In this document: one piece after another, positions 1 through 8,992 of the stretch
Numbering within the stretch: position 1 is the first letter of the stretch
Layout: every line of letters starts with the position of its first letter
Origin: Nostoc punctiforme PCC 73102
GTDB lineage: Bacteria; Cyanobacteriota; Cyanobacteriia; Cyanobacteriales; Nostocaceae
Assembly: GCF_000020025.1 (NCBI RefSeq)
Contig: NC_010628.1
Span: forward strand, 180,001 to 212,000
Direction: 5' to 3'
DNA length: 32,000 nucleotides
The notes under the pieces: generated by a model
Seen by the model: only the letters and a program-made list of their open reading frames with translations
Database searches by the model: none
Told to the model about the DNA's origin: nothing
Program-made: the position numbers and the translations under genes

Positions 1-2
1 TT

Positions 3-28
3 AAAAAAGACAGGCTTATTGCCTGTCT
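3..28 (-). terminator. Rho-independent terminator downstream of petA
   Basis: Inverted repeat agacaggc (8-15) / gcctgtct (21-28) with a 5-nt loop. On the minus strand the stem is followed by a T-run (complement of the A-run at 3-8). It lies 26 nt past the petA stop codon. Confidence 0.7.
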
Positions 29-53
29 CGTAAGTAATGATTTAGCAAAGAAT

Positions 54-1055
54 TTAGAAATTCATTTCAGCAGCTTGAACTTTCTCAACCTGCTTCTTCT
101 TCAGCACAAGCATAACTTGAGCCAACATTACAAGAGCTACGAATGCAATCATCCATTTGACTCTAGAGGAATCTTGCAGTACGATTTCTGCATCTATTTG
201 ACCGAATCCACCGACGTTCGGGTTGTTGGTCAAAGCATCACCAGTCTTAACTGCTTGCCCTTCGGAAACAATCAGGTCTGGCCCTAAAGGAACCGTATCA
301 ACAACAACATCACCAGATTCAGGTTGGATGTTTACTAGATATTTAACGTTCCCGTCTGCATCTTCCTCTTTGGCAATCTTGGTAATTGTGCCAGTGGCGG
401 AAGCGTTGTAAACACTATTGTTGCTCTTTTCGCCAGTAGGATAAACTTGTCCGCGTCCCCGATTACCACCTACGTGAACTGAATATTTACCGAAGTGGAT
501 GTTTTTGTCAGTTGCGGGGTTGGGAGAAAGAACTGGGAAGATGATTTCCTGATACTGTTCACCAGGTAAGGGACCGACGATGACGACATTTTCTTTGTCT
601 TCGCTGTAGGGTTGGAAGGCAGTGTCGCCAATTTCTTCTTTAAGTTCCTCAGAAATCCGGTCTTCGGGAGCAATCTTAAAGCCTTCAGGTAGCATCAGTA
701 CAGCACCGACGTTCAAGCCAACCTTAGAACCATCGGCACCAACTTGCTGGGCGGACAGATCGTAAGGGATTTTCACTATAGCTTTGAATACAGTGTCAGG
801 TAGAACCGATTGAGGAACTTCTACTTCTGTAACTTTGGCGGCTAGGTGACAGTTGGCACAAACAATGCGCCCAGTAGGTTCGCGGGGGGTTTCGGGATAG
901 GTTTGCTGTGCCCAAAATGGATAGGCGGCAGCTGATTGGGGAAGGGCTAGATCGCTGGTGAAGTAAAATGTCACAGTGGCGATCGCTATGAGCAATGTTT
1001 TTACGATCGCTCTAGCACTGCGAGTTAACCTCGCTGTTCGGAAAACATTTCTCAT
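54..1055 (-). CDS. petA: Cytochrome f (apocytochrome f of the b6f complex)
   Basis: The translation contains the mature N-terminus [28 protein letters not shown] with the CxxCH heme motif, and a C-terminal TM anchor ([18 protein letters not shown]). The track start at 1070 is TTG. ATG at 1055 (MRNVF...) is the more plausible start. Confidence 0.95.
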   Translation of the reverse strand: MRNVFRTARLTRSARAIVKTLLIAIATVTFYFTSDLALPQSAAAYPFWAQQTYPETPREPTGRIVCANCHLAAKVTEVEVPQSVLPDTVFKAIVKIPYDLSAQQVGADGSKVGLNVGAVLMLPEGFKIAPEDRISEELKEEIGDTAFQPYSEDKENVVIVGPLPGEQYQEIIFPVLSPNPATDKNIHFGKYSVHVGGNRGRGQVYPTGEKSNNSVYNASATGTITKIAKEEDADGNVKYLVNIQPESGDVVVDTVPLGPDLIVSEGQAVKTGDALTNNPNVGGFGQIDAEIVLQDSSRVKWMIAFVALVMLAQVMLVLKKKQVEKVQAAEMNF

Positions 1056-1082
1056 CTCTAATAAGGGCAACGATTGAATTTG

Positions 1083-1117
1083 TCATTAGTCATTGGTCAT
1101 TAGTCATTAGTCATTAA
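1083..1117. repeat. STRR-like heptanucleotide tandem repeat (5 units: tcattag/tcattgg/tcattag/tcattag/tcattaa)
   Basis: Directly visible 7-nt periodicity in the petC-petA spacer. It contains TTGGTCA, the STRR2-type heptamer known from heterocystous cyanobacteria. Confidence 0.8.
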
Positions 1118-1161
1118 GCCCTGAACAAAGGACGAATGACTAAGAACTAAGGACAAAATTA

Positions 1162-1701
1162 TTAACTCCACCAAGGTGCATCACCGGTGCGGAAGTCGGT
1201 TTCTGTCCAAGGGGTCAAAACGATTTTGTCGTCGCTTACATTGGTATGGGCTAAAGCCAAAGACAGTGGTGCTGGACCCCGAACAACCTTACCTGTTTCG
1301 TCATATTGGGAACCATGACAAGGACATTTAAATTTGTTCTCAGCAACGTTCCAGGGGACGACACAACCTAAGTGGGTGCAGATGGCGTTAATGCCATAAT
1401 CTTTGATCGCCTCTTTGCTGTCTACCACAATATAGGTAGGATCTCCCTTAAGTCCTTGGACTAGGTTGCGATCGCCTGCATTCCGGTTTTCTAGAAATTT
1501 GGTGACGCTAACATCGTTACCTAGCTCATCTTTTGCCGTTGTACCGCCACCAGCACCACCAGTTGCGGGTGGAATAAAGTAGTTGACAACGGGATACAAT
1601 GCACCCAGAGCTACTCCAGTGACAGTCCCAAAAGTGAGCAGATTCATGAACTGACGACGACCCATATCGGGCACGTCTGCTGATTCAGAAAATTGAGCCA
1701 T
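1162..1701 (-). CDS. petC: Rieske [2Fe-2S] subunit of cytochrome b6f
   Basis: Rieske boxes CTHLGC and CPCHGS are present, with an N-terminal TM helix. It sits immediately upstream of petA, the classic petCA operon arrangement. Confidence 0.95.
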   Translation of the reverse strand: MAQFSESADVPDMGRRQFMNLLTFGTVTGVALGALYPVVNYFIPPATGGAGGGTTAKDELGNDVSVTKFLENRNAGDRNLVQGLKGDPTYIVVDSKEAIKDYGINAICTHLGCVVPWNVAENKFKCPCHGSQYDETGKVVRGPAPLSLALAHTNVSDDKIVLTPWTETDFRTGDAPWWS

Positions 1702-1929
1702 AATCTACGCGCTCTTTGTGTATTTTGTTAAGCATTTTGACAAAAGTACTGTACTTGAGGAACTCTTGTCTAAGTCGAAATGCTAGCGCTCACAACGATG
1801 CCATACTTCTTTGTTCCAAGATATAAAAAGCATCTTTTCTGTTAGCATTACATTTCTTTATATCCTTATCATACTGGAGTCACGGAACTTAACATCATAA
1901 CTAAATGTAAAATCTGATTGAGAAAAGCT

Positions 1930-2238
1930 ATGACAGGACAGGAATTACGTCAGATGTTGCTTGATAAGTGGGGATATTCTTATGATGTCCAGTTCCGACG
2001 GGCACAGGGAAAGATATTTTTGCAAGTAATGTGGAAATATCTGGAGCAAGCTTCTTTTCCCTTGAGTGAGGCAGAGTACCAAGAGCATCTTGACAGCATT
2101 GCTAATTATCTCCATGCTTTGGGCGGGTCAACACAAGTACAAACATTTATTGCCCAAACACGCGATCGCCCCCGCCTCGGTAAGGCTGTTAGCATTCCTT
2201 TAGATTTGGGTGAACGTTCTTCTGAATGGATATTATGA
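1930..2238 (+). CDS. Conserved cyanobacterial hypothetical protein (DUF3067-like)
   Basis: The ORF is divergent from petC. I recognise the sequence MTGQELRQMLLDKWGYSYDVQFRR... as a small, conserved cyanobacterial family. The track start at 1918 is TTG, so ATG at 1930 is preferred. The family name is from memory and was not searched. Confidence 0.55.
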   Translation: MTGQELRQMLLDKWGYSYDVQFRRAQGKIFLQVMWKYLEQASFPLSEAEYQEHLDSIANYLHALGGSTQVQTFIAQTRDRPRLGKAVSIPLDLGERSSEWIL

Positions 2239-2587
2239 CCTACTATTGCATTCAGATGATTAACAACTCCCAGTTCGCACATTTTTTGAATAGTTATAAA
2301 AAAGCCTACATTAGGTATAAAATATTGACTAAAAAGTTTGGTATAGACGTATATTTACTTGATGTTTATGGACAAACTCTACTACGCGTTTTATTCATAA
2401 ATTGGGTGCGCCGGGAACTATTCGCAGTTTATTATTGGGAAGTGAGAAGTAGTGTTTAAATATTAGAAAAACTGCTAAATCTGTCTACTAAAAAGTTTTA
2501 AGCTATTGCTAGATAATAATAACAGTCTTATTTCTAGCATTTTATGCTGATGTGCTAAATGTAGGGTTTTAACCCAGATTTTAAATT

Positions 2588-2917
2588 TTATTTTTTGGAA
2601 GTATCTAATGCTTTTAAATCATCTAAGCTACAGAGCAAACGAGGTTTTTCAGGGTCAGTCAAATCTAGCTGCTCCCAAGATATTGTATAGCCACCGTGGA
2701 TTTTATGTGCGCCAAAAAGGTGTAAGATTCTTAACCCAATTGTCCAAGCAGATAGTCTTTCTAACACAGCAGTGGTTCCGATCAGATATTCTTCAATAAC
2801 CCATTCTTCACCTCGTTGTTGGGCACGTACTTCCTCAATGCGTCCGACAGACTTGCCAGTTGAATCCAATACTTGTTTGCCTAGTAGCAGTTCCAGATGA
2901 ATTTCACGAGTTGCCAT
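2588..2917 (-). CDS. PRC-barrel domain protein (putative)
   Basis: LLGKQVLDSTGKSVGRIEEV...WVIEEYLIG resembles the PRC-barrel signature. The ATG at 2917 overlaps the upstream gene stop by 14 nt. Confidence 0.5.
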   Translation of the reverse strand: MATREIHLELLLGKQVLDSTGKSVGRIEEVRAQQRGEEWVIEEYLIGTTAVLERLSAWTIGLRILHLFGAHKIHGGYTISWEQLDLTDPEKPRLLCSLDDLKALDTSKK

Positions 2918-3275
2918 GTTCTGCTCCTGGAATTCGTTCAATAATCTGTTCCCGAAGCCATTTTTCATAAGCTAATGCCGGAGTTGCTTCAGCCTCAATC
3001 TCAACTTCGACATCAATCCCAACATCCCGCACTTTTGACAACGGAATTCTAAACGGTTCACTGTGTTTAGCACCCCAGCTATTTTCAATTGCTGCTACCC
3101 ACCTTCCTAAACGTGGATGAATGCGTCGTGCAAGGGTTATCATACCAGTTTCGATATAAATGAGTCGTGGCGGTTCCCCGTCGCGCAACTCCATGACAAT
3201 TCCATCGACTTTGCCCAGCTTGCGCTGATTGCTGTCAACTAATTGGTTATCAAGTACATCTCTAATAATGTCCAT
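2904..3275 (-). CDS. PRC-barrel domain protein (putative)
   Basis: VLDNQLVDSNQRKLGKVDGIVMEL...RLIYIETG is a PRC-barrel-like N-terminus. It is a distant paralog of the downstream ORF and is co-directional with the Nramp-like gene. Confidence 0.5.
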   Translation of the reverse strand: MDIIRDVLDNQLVDSNQRKLGKVDGIVMELRDGEPPRLIYIETGMITLARRIHPRLGRWVAAIENSWGAKHSEPFRIPLSKVRDVGIDVEVEIEAEATPALAYEKWLREQIIERIPGAEHGNS

Positions 3276-3322
3276 TTTCTCTAACTTCCAGTTGATTATT
3301 TAACCTAAACCCGCAGCAGCGA

Positions 3323-4537
3323 TCACCCTCCAAGAATTTCTAGTGGGATAGCAACGATCGCTAACACGAATGTCAGCACAATTGTAAAGATAACAACACT
3401 ATTACTTATCCAACCGTTGCGATAATTGCCGACATATAATTCATCATTCATCAACACCAGAAATGGTATAATCACAGGCGGCAAAATTACTGCTGTAATC
3501 GCCATTGAAAACAAAGTCAATTGCAATGGATCGATTCCAAATACCATTAATAAAGAAGCGAGAAAGACAAACACAGTGTAGACCAAACTAAAACGTGCGG
3601 CATCTTTTGGTTTGAGATTTTCGCCCCAATTCCAACCAAAAGACTGAGCCACAATATAGGCTGTATCGAGAGTAACCTCCAGTGCTGCACCAAAGCAAGC
3701 AATGCCCAAGGACACGGCAAATAGCACAAAGCCCCAGTACCCAAAAGATTCTGTCAACATCAACGCCGCCTGTTCGTAGCTATCTACCTCAATGCCTTTG
3801 GGTTTGAGTACTAATGCCGACACAATCAATACCCCTAGTGATACGACACTACCAAAGCTCATCCCTAAACCGGCAACGGCGCGATTTACACCGATATACC
3901 CTTCATCCCATTTATCTTCTACTGCCCCAGATGAGTAGAAGTAAAATAAATAGGGGCTAATCAAAGCACCTAAAATTCCAACCCCAAGGTATAAATAATG
4001 AGCGGTATCTTGTTGTGGCAGAGTTGGCAACAAACCACTGCCAAGTTGTGTTAAAGATGGATGCAACTTGAAAGTAGCGACGACAAAAACTAGTGTCACC
4101 AACCCTAATACGGAAATACCATTTTCAATAATGCCAAAATTGCCGTACCAAATTAGCAACCAAATTGCAAAGGCAACGGGTAAAGCATACCACTGAAAGC
4201 TAATACCTGTTAGCAGTTGTAAGGCGATGCAAACACCACCGATTTCAGCAGCTAAAACTAAAAAGTCAACTATAATTTCTGCAATCAGTGGAATAATATA
4301 AAAATTAAACCCAAAACGTTCACGCACCGCAGCAGCTAATGTATGCTTGCTAACTGCTGCTAACCGCCCAGACATTTCTACCAAAAAAATCACACAAATT
4401 GTACCCAGGATAATCGCCCAGATTAATTGAAAGCCGAAAATAGATCCAGCCTCTGCTGCTGTGGCGATCGCACCTACATCCAAAAAGCCACCTATACTAG
4501 TCACAATCCCCAGCGCGATTTCAAAAATTTTCTTCAT
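3323..4537 (-). CDS. Nramp (SLC11)-family cation transporter, non-canonical metal site
   Basis: 404 aa and polytopic. The TM1 segment GGFLDVGAIATAAEAG aligns by eye with the MntH segment MDPGNFATNIQAGA. The TM6 segment GALISPYLFYFYSS aligns with GATVMPHVIYLHSS. Confidence 0.75.
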   Translation of the reverse strand: MKKIFEIALGIVTSIGGFLDVGAIATAAEAGSIFGFQLIWAIILGTICVIFLVEMSGRLAAVSKHTLAAAVRERFGFNFYIIPLIAEIIVDFLVLAAEIGGVCIALQLLTGISFQWYALPVAFAIWLLIWYGNFGIIENGISVLGLVTLVFVVATFKLHPSLTQLGSGLLPTLPQQDTAHYLYLGVGILGALISPYLFYFYSSGAVEDKWDEGYIGVNRAVAGLGMSFGSVVSLGVLIVSALVLKPKGIEVDSYEQAALMLTESFGYWGFVLFAVSLGIACFGAALEVTLDTAYIVAQSFGWNWGENLKPKDAARFSLVYTVFVFLASLLMVFGIDPLQLTLFSMAITAVILPPVIIPFLVLMNDELYVGNYRNGWISNSVVIFTIVLTFVLAIVAIPLEILGG

Positions 4538-4962
4538 GGTTTGTTCTGCTGTGGTAGTTGCGAGTCTAGTGTTTGTCCTTCTTGCGATAAGTCCCCAAGT
4601 CGTTGTGACACTACAGAATAATTTTCTTGTTCAACTGCGGTTGACATTTGCTCTGTGATTTTTGCTAACCGTTTGATATGACCCAAAAGTGCTAACTTGT
4701 AAGACTGGGGAATAGCTGTAGATGATTCTATCTGTGCTATGTTGTCGGTTTCTGTCTGGAACTCTTGCTGTGCTTTATTCAACGTTTGTTTCGCATAGAC
4801 TTTTGGCACAGCACCTCGTACCCAAGCATCAGCAACCATTTTGCTTGTAGCTGTCCATGACTTTACAGTTTGTAGTTCTTCTGTAAGCCTATCTGGGGCT
4901 GCTTTGCTACAAGCGGTTAATAATGTCAAGGCTAATAAATAACCTATAAATATGCTTTTCAT
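4534..4962 (-). CDS. Hypothetical lipoprotein
   Basis: Signal peptide with lipobox (LLTAC). ATGA overlap with the Nramp-like start. No recognisable domain. Confidence 0.6.
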   Translation of the reverse strand: MKSIFIGYLLALTLLTACSKAAPDRLTEELQTVKSWTATSKMVADAWVRGAVPKVYAKQTLNKAQQEFQTETDNIAQIESSTAIPQSYKLALLGHIKRLAKITEQMSTAVEQENYSVVSQRLGDLSQEGQTLDSQLPQQNKP

Positions 4963-5269
4963 CAGATGTCCGTTTTTGTAGTCCTCCTTAAAACTTCATA
5001 GTCATTCAATTCCTGTAACATAGAGCATTTGACAACTCGTGCGAGGTAACGATCTGCAATTAAAACTATTAATTACAGACAAAAAGTTTTCTATTACCTT
5101 TTAGGGTCGTTTTTTTCTAGCTTATAAATTATAGGGGTTTATGATAACTTGGTTCTATTCACCCATAGATTAGTCTATAAATTGAAATGATCTTTACTTT
5201 GGTCAGAGAAATGAAATAAATTTATGATTAATTACATCCAGTATTTTTATCCAAAAGCACCATAAAGTG

Positions 5270-5602
5270 CTAAAAGACTCTTTTGCCCACCGCTACATCT
5301 CTATCAGGCTGAATTAATACAACTTCTCCATCATCTAAAACTACTCCCAAGACTAAAACTTCGGAGACAAAATTAGCTATTTGACGGGGTGGAAAGTTAG
5401 TAACAGCTAATATTAATGTGTTGATTAATTTTTCTTGGTCATAAAGTTTAGTAATTTGGGCACTAGATTTTTTAATGCCCAAATCGCCAAAATCTATCCA
5501 CAATTTATAAGCTGGTTTTTTGGCTTGAGGAAATTCTTCGACTTTAATGACTTTGCCTACATGAATCTCGATTTTTTCAAAATCACTATAGCTAATAAAC
5601 AT
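5270..5602 (-). CDS. tRNA-binding domain protein (CsaA/YgjH-like, EMAP-type OB fold)
   Basis: 110 aa. FEKIEIHVGKVIKVEEFPQAKKPAYKLWIDFG...VTNFPPRQIANFVSEVLVLG matches the CsaA/YgjH pattern. Confidence 0.75.
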   Translation of the reverse strand: MFISYSDFEKIEIHVGKVIKVEEFPQAKKPAYKLWIDFGDLGIKKSSAQITKLYDQEKLINTLILAVTNFPPRQIANFVSEVLVLGVVLDDGEVVLIQPDRDVAVGKRVF

Positions 5603-5647
5603 TTGCTCAAAAACTCAGCATTAAAATCTTTTTACCTATTTTCTATG

Positions 5648-6442
5648 TTATTTACCTGTGAGCTTCACCAGCCCAACACCACCGAAATAAAGCCCTAAAA
5701 CGGCTCCCGCCAAAAGACTTTGAGTTAGAGGATCGGTAGAAGGTGTAAGTACAGCTCCTAAAACCACTGCTCCCATAATCACGTAACGCCAACCAGAAAC
5801 CATCCGTTCAGACGAGACAATATTCAAATTACCGAGCAACAATTGGATGATGGGAATTTGAAATGCTAAACCAGTGCTGAATAAAAGTAGCAGCACAAAT
5901 TCAAAATATTTATCTATTGACCAAAGTTGTTCAACTACATCTGCTCCGTAGCTGATGAAAAATTTCAACGCTGCGGGGATAAGGAGTAAATAGGCAAATA
6001 CTAACCCCGCGCCAAACAGTACACTCGAACCAAAAACCACAGGCCCCAATAAACGGCGTTCGCGGCGAGTCAGTCCTGGAAGCACAAACTGGATAATTTG
6101 GTAAAGAATGAAAGGACTAGAAAGCACTAAACCAGTGTAGGCTGCGACTTTGAGGGAGACAAAGAAATATTCACCAGGTGCAAGTTGGAGAAATTTGACT
6201 CCTTGTGCTGGAACCTCAAGCAGCTGGACAATCGGCTTAACGGCAAAGAAACAGCCAATAATACCTATCGCTACGGCAATCAGCGAATAAAAAATTCGTT
6301 GTCGTAACTCTTCTAGATGGTCGAAAAGGGACATTTCGACTTCATCTGGCAACTCATTAAGAGGATCTGTATCCGAGTTGCCATATCCTTCTGGGTCGAT
6401 GTTGGGAACGTTTACAGTATCTACGTCTTGTAAAGGCGGCAT
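5648..6442 (-). CDS. tatC: Twin-arginine translocase subunit TatC
   Basis: [18 protein letters not shown]... followed by six hydrophobic segments. A cyanobacterial-type N-terminal extension is present. Confidence 0.9.
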   Translation of the reverse strand: MPPLQDVDTVNVPNIDPEGYGNSDTDPLNELPDEVEMSLFDHLEELRQRIFYSLIAVAIGIIGCFFAVKPIVQLLEVPAQGVKFLQLAPGEYFFVSLKVAAYTGLVLSSPFILYQIIQFVLPGLTRRERRLLGPVVFGSSVLFGAGLVFAYLLLIPAALKFFISYGADVVEQLWSIDKYFEFVLLLLFSTGLAFQIPIIQLLLGNLNIVSSERMVSGWRYVIMGAVVLGAVLTPSTDPLTQSLLAGAVLGLYFGGVGLVKLTGK

Positions 6443-7185
6443 GAGTCAGCTAGTAGGCAACATTTATAACTGAGTGCTAAGTAATAAGCAAGATTTTTCA
6501 CTCAGGACTTGGAACTCAGCACTCTTCATTATTTTATCCGGGGAATGCAGTCACCAAGATATGTTTTTGGATGCTGTGGGTTTTTTGTCCTGTTTTTTAG
6601 GGTTGCATCTGCATAAGTTAGTAGGAAGCCATCTTGTAGGCAATGCCTAACCTAAAAAAAGGGTGGAACTGATAATTTAGAAATCACGTCTCTGCGGCTA
6701 GTAGTGTGTCTAACTTGTTTTAATGGTTTGTGGTAAGCATTTTAGTGCAAGAATAAGGGCTAAAATCCTTGCTACAAGATTGTCTACCCATCAATTTCAA
6801 GTTGAGACACTACTAGTAGTGCTGGGTAAATTCACACAACATCAACATATAATACTCAGTTTTAAAAATCCGGTTCATCAAGGTGGCATCTATACATACA
6901 TAGCGCAATCGGAAATTTTTAGCTGAGGTTGAGTATGAAACGGACAATTTGCATTGTCATGATGGCATTGCCTGTTTATTTATACAATGTTGGACTAAGT
7001 AATAGTCTTAGTAGTGACGTGACAATTGTCAAAAACCAGCCTCCGATAATAGCTGCTCTAATTGCTTACAGTACAAATGCTCCGTCACGCATATTGCCTT
7101 GGCAAATATCAGCTAGAGATGACCAAACTGAAGATTGTCTTCGGGCTGGTACTTGCAAAGATTGATATTAATTGGGAATCCCTTC

Positions 7186-7229
7186 CCTACGGGACGCTAC
7201 GCGATCGGCTTCTCTACGAGACGCTACGC
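7186..7229. repeat. Two copies of a 17-nt direct repeat (ctacgGgacgctacgcg / ctacgAgacgctacgcg)
   Basis: Copies at 7186-7202 and 7213-7229. It sits in the SDR gene upstream region, next to ggaattgg-type short repeats (7261-7315). Confidence 0.5.
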
Positions 7230-7341
7230 GTTAGCGGAGCTGATACGCTCAGGGCAAGTGGGAATTGGGAACTTGTACTGAGTGCAGTTGAAGTATGGGG
7301 AATTGGTGATTGGTAGTCCAAGTTATAAAAAAAGAAAATTA

Positions 7342-8199
7342 ATGGTTGTAGAACATCAACGTACAGTGGTGGTTACGGGAGCATCAACAGGAATTGGCCA
7401 AGCGTGTGCTTTGCTTTTAGACCAGTTGGGCTTCTCTGTTTTTGCTGGCGTGCGTCAAAATATTGATGCTCAAACACTTAAGCAGAAAGGATCGCCAAGA
7501 CTCATTCCCATTTTTTTAGATGTTACTGATGCTGAATCGATCGCAGATGCGGTTGATAAGGTAACAAATGAAGTCGGTGGTACTGGAATTTTAGGTTTAG
7601 TGAATAATGCAGGAATTGCTATCCCTGGGCCTTTAGAATTATTAGCGATCGCAGAATTTCAACACCAGATGCAGGTTAATGTCACCGGACAATTAGCGGT
7701 GACACAAGCATTTCTTGGTCTTTTACGCCAAAGTCGGGGCCGAATTATCAATATGGGTTCCATTGCTGGTAGGAGTCCTACGCCGTTCTTAGGAGCTTAC
7801 AATGCTTCTAAGTTTGCCTTGGAAGCACTCACTGATGTCATGCGGATGGAATTACGTCCTTGGGGAATCTCGGTTTCAATTATTGAACCTGGTTCCATCG
7901 CTACCCCAATTTGGGAAAAGTCCCTAAGTCAATCGGAAGTAGCACAGTATGATTTACCGCAATCGGCACAAAATCTCTACGGTCAAGCAATGAATATTGT
8001 CCGCAAGAAAATGCAGATTCTCGCATCTAAGGGAATTTCTGCGGATATTGTCGCTCAGACTGTTGTTCATGCGCTCACTGCAAAGCAACCCAAGACGCGC
8101 TATCTGGTTGGCTCAGATGCCAAACTCGGAGCGGTGCTAAAGCATATTTTGTCTGATAAGCTACATGACCAGATAATTTTATACTCAATGGGATTGTAG
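7342..8199 (+). CDS. Short-chain dehydrogenase/reductase (SDR) family oxidoreductase
   Basis: TGASTGIG cofactor motif near the N-terminus, NNAG, and the catalytic YNASK motif. The track start at 7282 is GTG. ATG at 7342 (MVVEHQRTVVVTGAS) fits SDR length. Confidence 0.85.
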   Translation: MVVEHQRTVVVTGASTGIGQACALLLDQLGFSVFAGVRQNIDAQTLKQKGSPRLIPIFLDVTDAESIADAVDKVTNEVGGTGILGLVNNAGIAIPGPLELLAIAEFQHQMQVNVTGQLAVTQAFLGLLRQSRGRIINMGSIAGRSPTPFLGAYNASKFALEALTDVMRMELRPWGISVSIIEPGSIATPIWEKSLSQSEVAQYDLPQSAQNLYGQAMNIVRKKMQILASKGISADIVAQTVVHALTAKQPKTRYLVGSDAKLGAVLKHILSDKLHDQIILYSMGL

Positions 8200-8230
8200 A
8201 TTAGCGATCGTCAATACTTCAGAGGAAGGG

Positions 8231-8401
8231 CGTGTTTTCAAACTACTCGTTTAGCCTCCTAATTTTTTAGATCCCCCTAAATCCCCCTTAAAAAGGGGGA
8301 CTTGAAGAGATTTTTAGCTCCCCTTAAAAAGAGGGACTTGAAGAGATTTCTAGCCCCCCTTAGAAAGGGAGGTTGGGGGGATCTAAAACTTTGAAAACAC
8401 G
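8231..8401. repeat. MITE-like nested palindromic repeat element
   Basis: Perfect 12-bp outer inverted repeat cgtgttttcaaa (8231-8242) / tttgaaaacacg (8390-8401). Inner 13-bp inverted repeat ttttagatccccc (8265-8277) / gggggatctaaaa (8376-8388). The interior has about 2.5 tandem units of roughly 35 nt (ccccttaaaaaGggggacttgaagagattt...), each with its own small hairpin. Confidence 0.7.
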
Positions 8402-8445
8402 TCCTAGTCACTCTGAATTCAAAAGCTGTCATGAACAAAAACATG

Positions 8446-8529
8446 ATTTTATTGATGAAAAGCATAATTTTCATCAATAAAATCGTTCTGGTCATCAATA
8501 AAATCGTTCTGGTCATCAACAAAATCGTT
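8446..8529. repeat. Iteron-like array: one inverted plus about 2.8 direct copies of a 21-nt unit tcatcaataaaatcgttctgg
   Basis: Direct copies at 8471-8491 and 8492-8512, plus a partial copy at 8513-8529. gattttattgatga at 8446-8459 is the exact reverse complement of 8471-8484. Confidence 0.8.
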
Positions 8530-8992
8530 ATTTTTGTAACTAGAGGCAGGAATCTAGTCAAAAATTAACTCTAAATTGAAGTTGTAATTAACCAACGCTT
8601 TTGCTAAAAGTCTTATGTTGCAAGGATTGTAGATTATTCTCTCGCAAAAGTGACAAAAGCTCTTTAATAACTCAAGCTGATGACGGGTTCAAGAGAGCTA
8701 CAAAACTGTACTTAACAGTACCTTTTTTTGTACCGGATATTTTTAATATTGATAAGAGTAGCTTATTTAATATTAGATATTTTTGCTATTTGTACTTATA
8801 GTAGTATTTTTGCTTACTTTAACTAAAATCTCAGCATTACTATGTGCTACATCTAACTTATGTATAAACAATTATCCGAAATTCTGCTAGTTTAGTTAGT
8901 AGTTTGATTAAAATAAAGCATAAATTCCCTAAAATCAATATATTTATTCAGTAAATTTTGTCATCCCCATTCTTGAGTGAACTTGATTAGTT

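Noticed and set aside
75-673. Three ORFs of 60-70 aa (75-287 +, 223-411 +, 470-673 -) overlapping petA
   Set aside because: All lie inside the well-supported cytochrome f reading frame, either antisense or out of frame. Their translations have no recognisable features.
2226-2459. 77-aa ORF after the DUF3067-like gene
   Set aside because: It is AT-rich, overlaps the preceding stop, has no Shine-Dalgarno sequence, and has an odd composition (many Y/I/N/K). It is probably intergenic.
4963-5269. Metal-sensing riboswitch in the leader of the lipoprotein/Nramp-like operon
   Set aside because: I could not identify conserved riboswitch helices or motifs by eye. The region is simply AT-rich. This needs a covariance-model search before any claim.
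6929-7165. Small ORF (ATG at 6935, GAGG about 6 nt upstream) with a hydrophobic N-terminus, possibly a secreted peptide
   Set aside because: It has a plausible start signal, but I recognise no homology and it abuts dispersed repeats. The evidence is too weak to call without conservation or expression data.
6723-7316. ORFs 6723-6926 (+) and 7062-7316 (+)
   Set aside because: There are no start signals. The second runs through the ctacg(g/a)gacgctacgcg and ggaattgg repeats, so its translation is repeat-derived.
8285-8529. Possible CRISPR array
   Set aside because: The repeat units are directly adjacent, with no unique spacers of 25-40 nt. There are only 2-3 units, and no cas genes are in the window.
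8277-8561. 94-aa ORF spanning the repeat region after the SDR gene
   Set aside because: The translation is made of reiterated peptides (TRTILLM, FLRGAKNLFKS) produced by the 21-nt and about 35-nt tandem repeats. It is much more likely non-coding repeat DNA.
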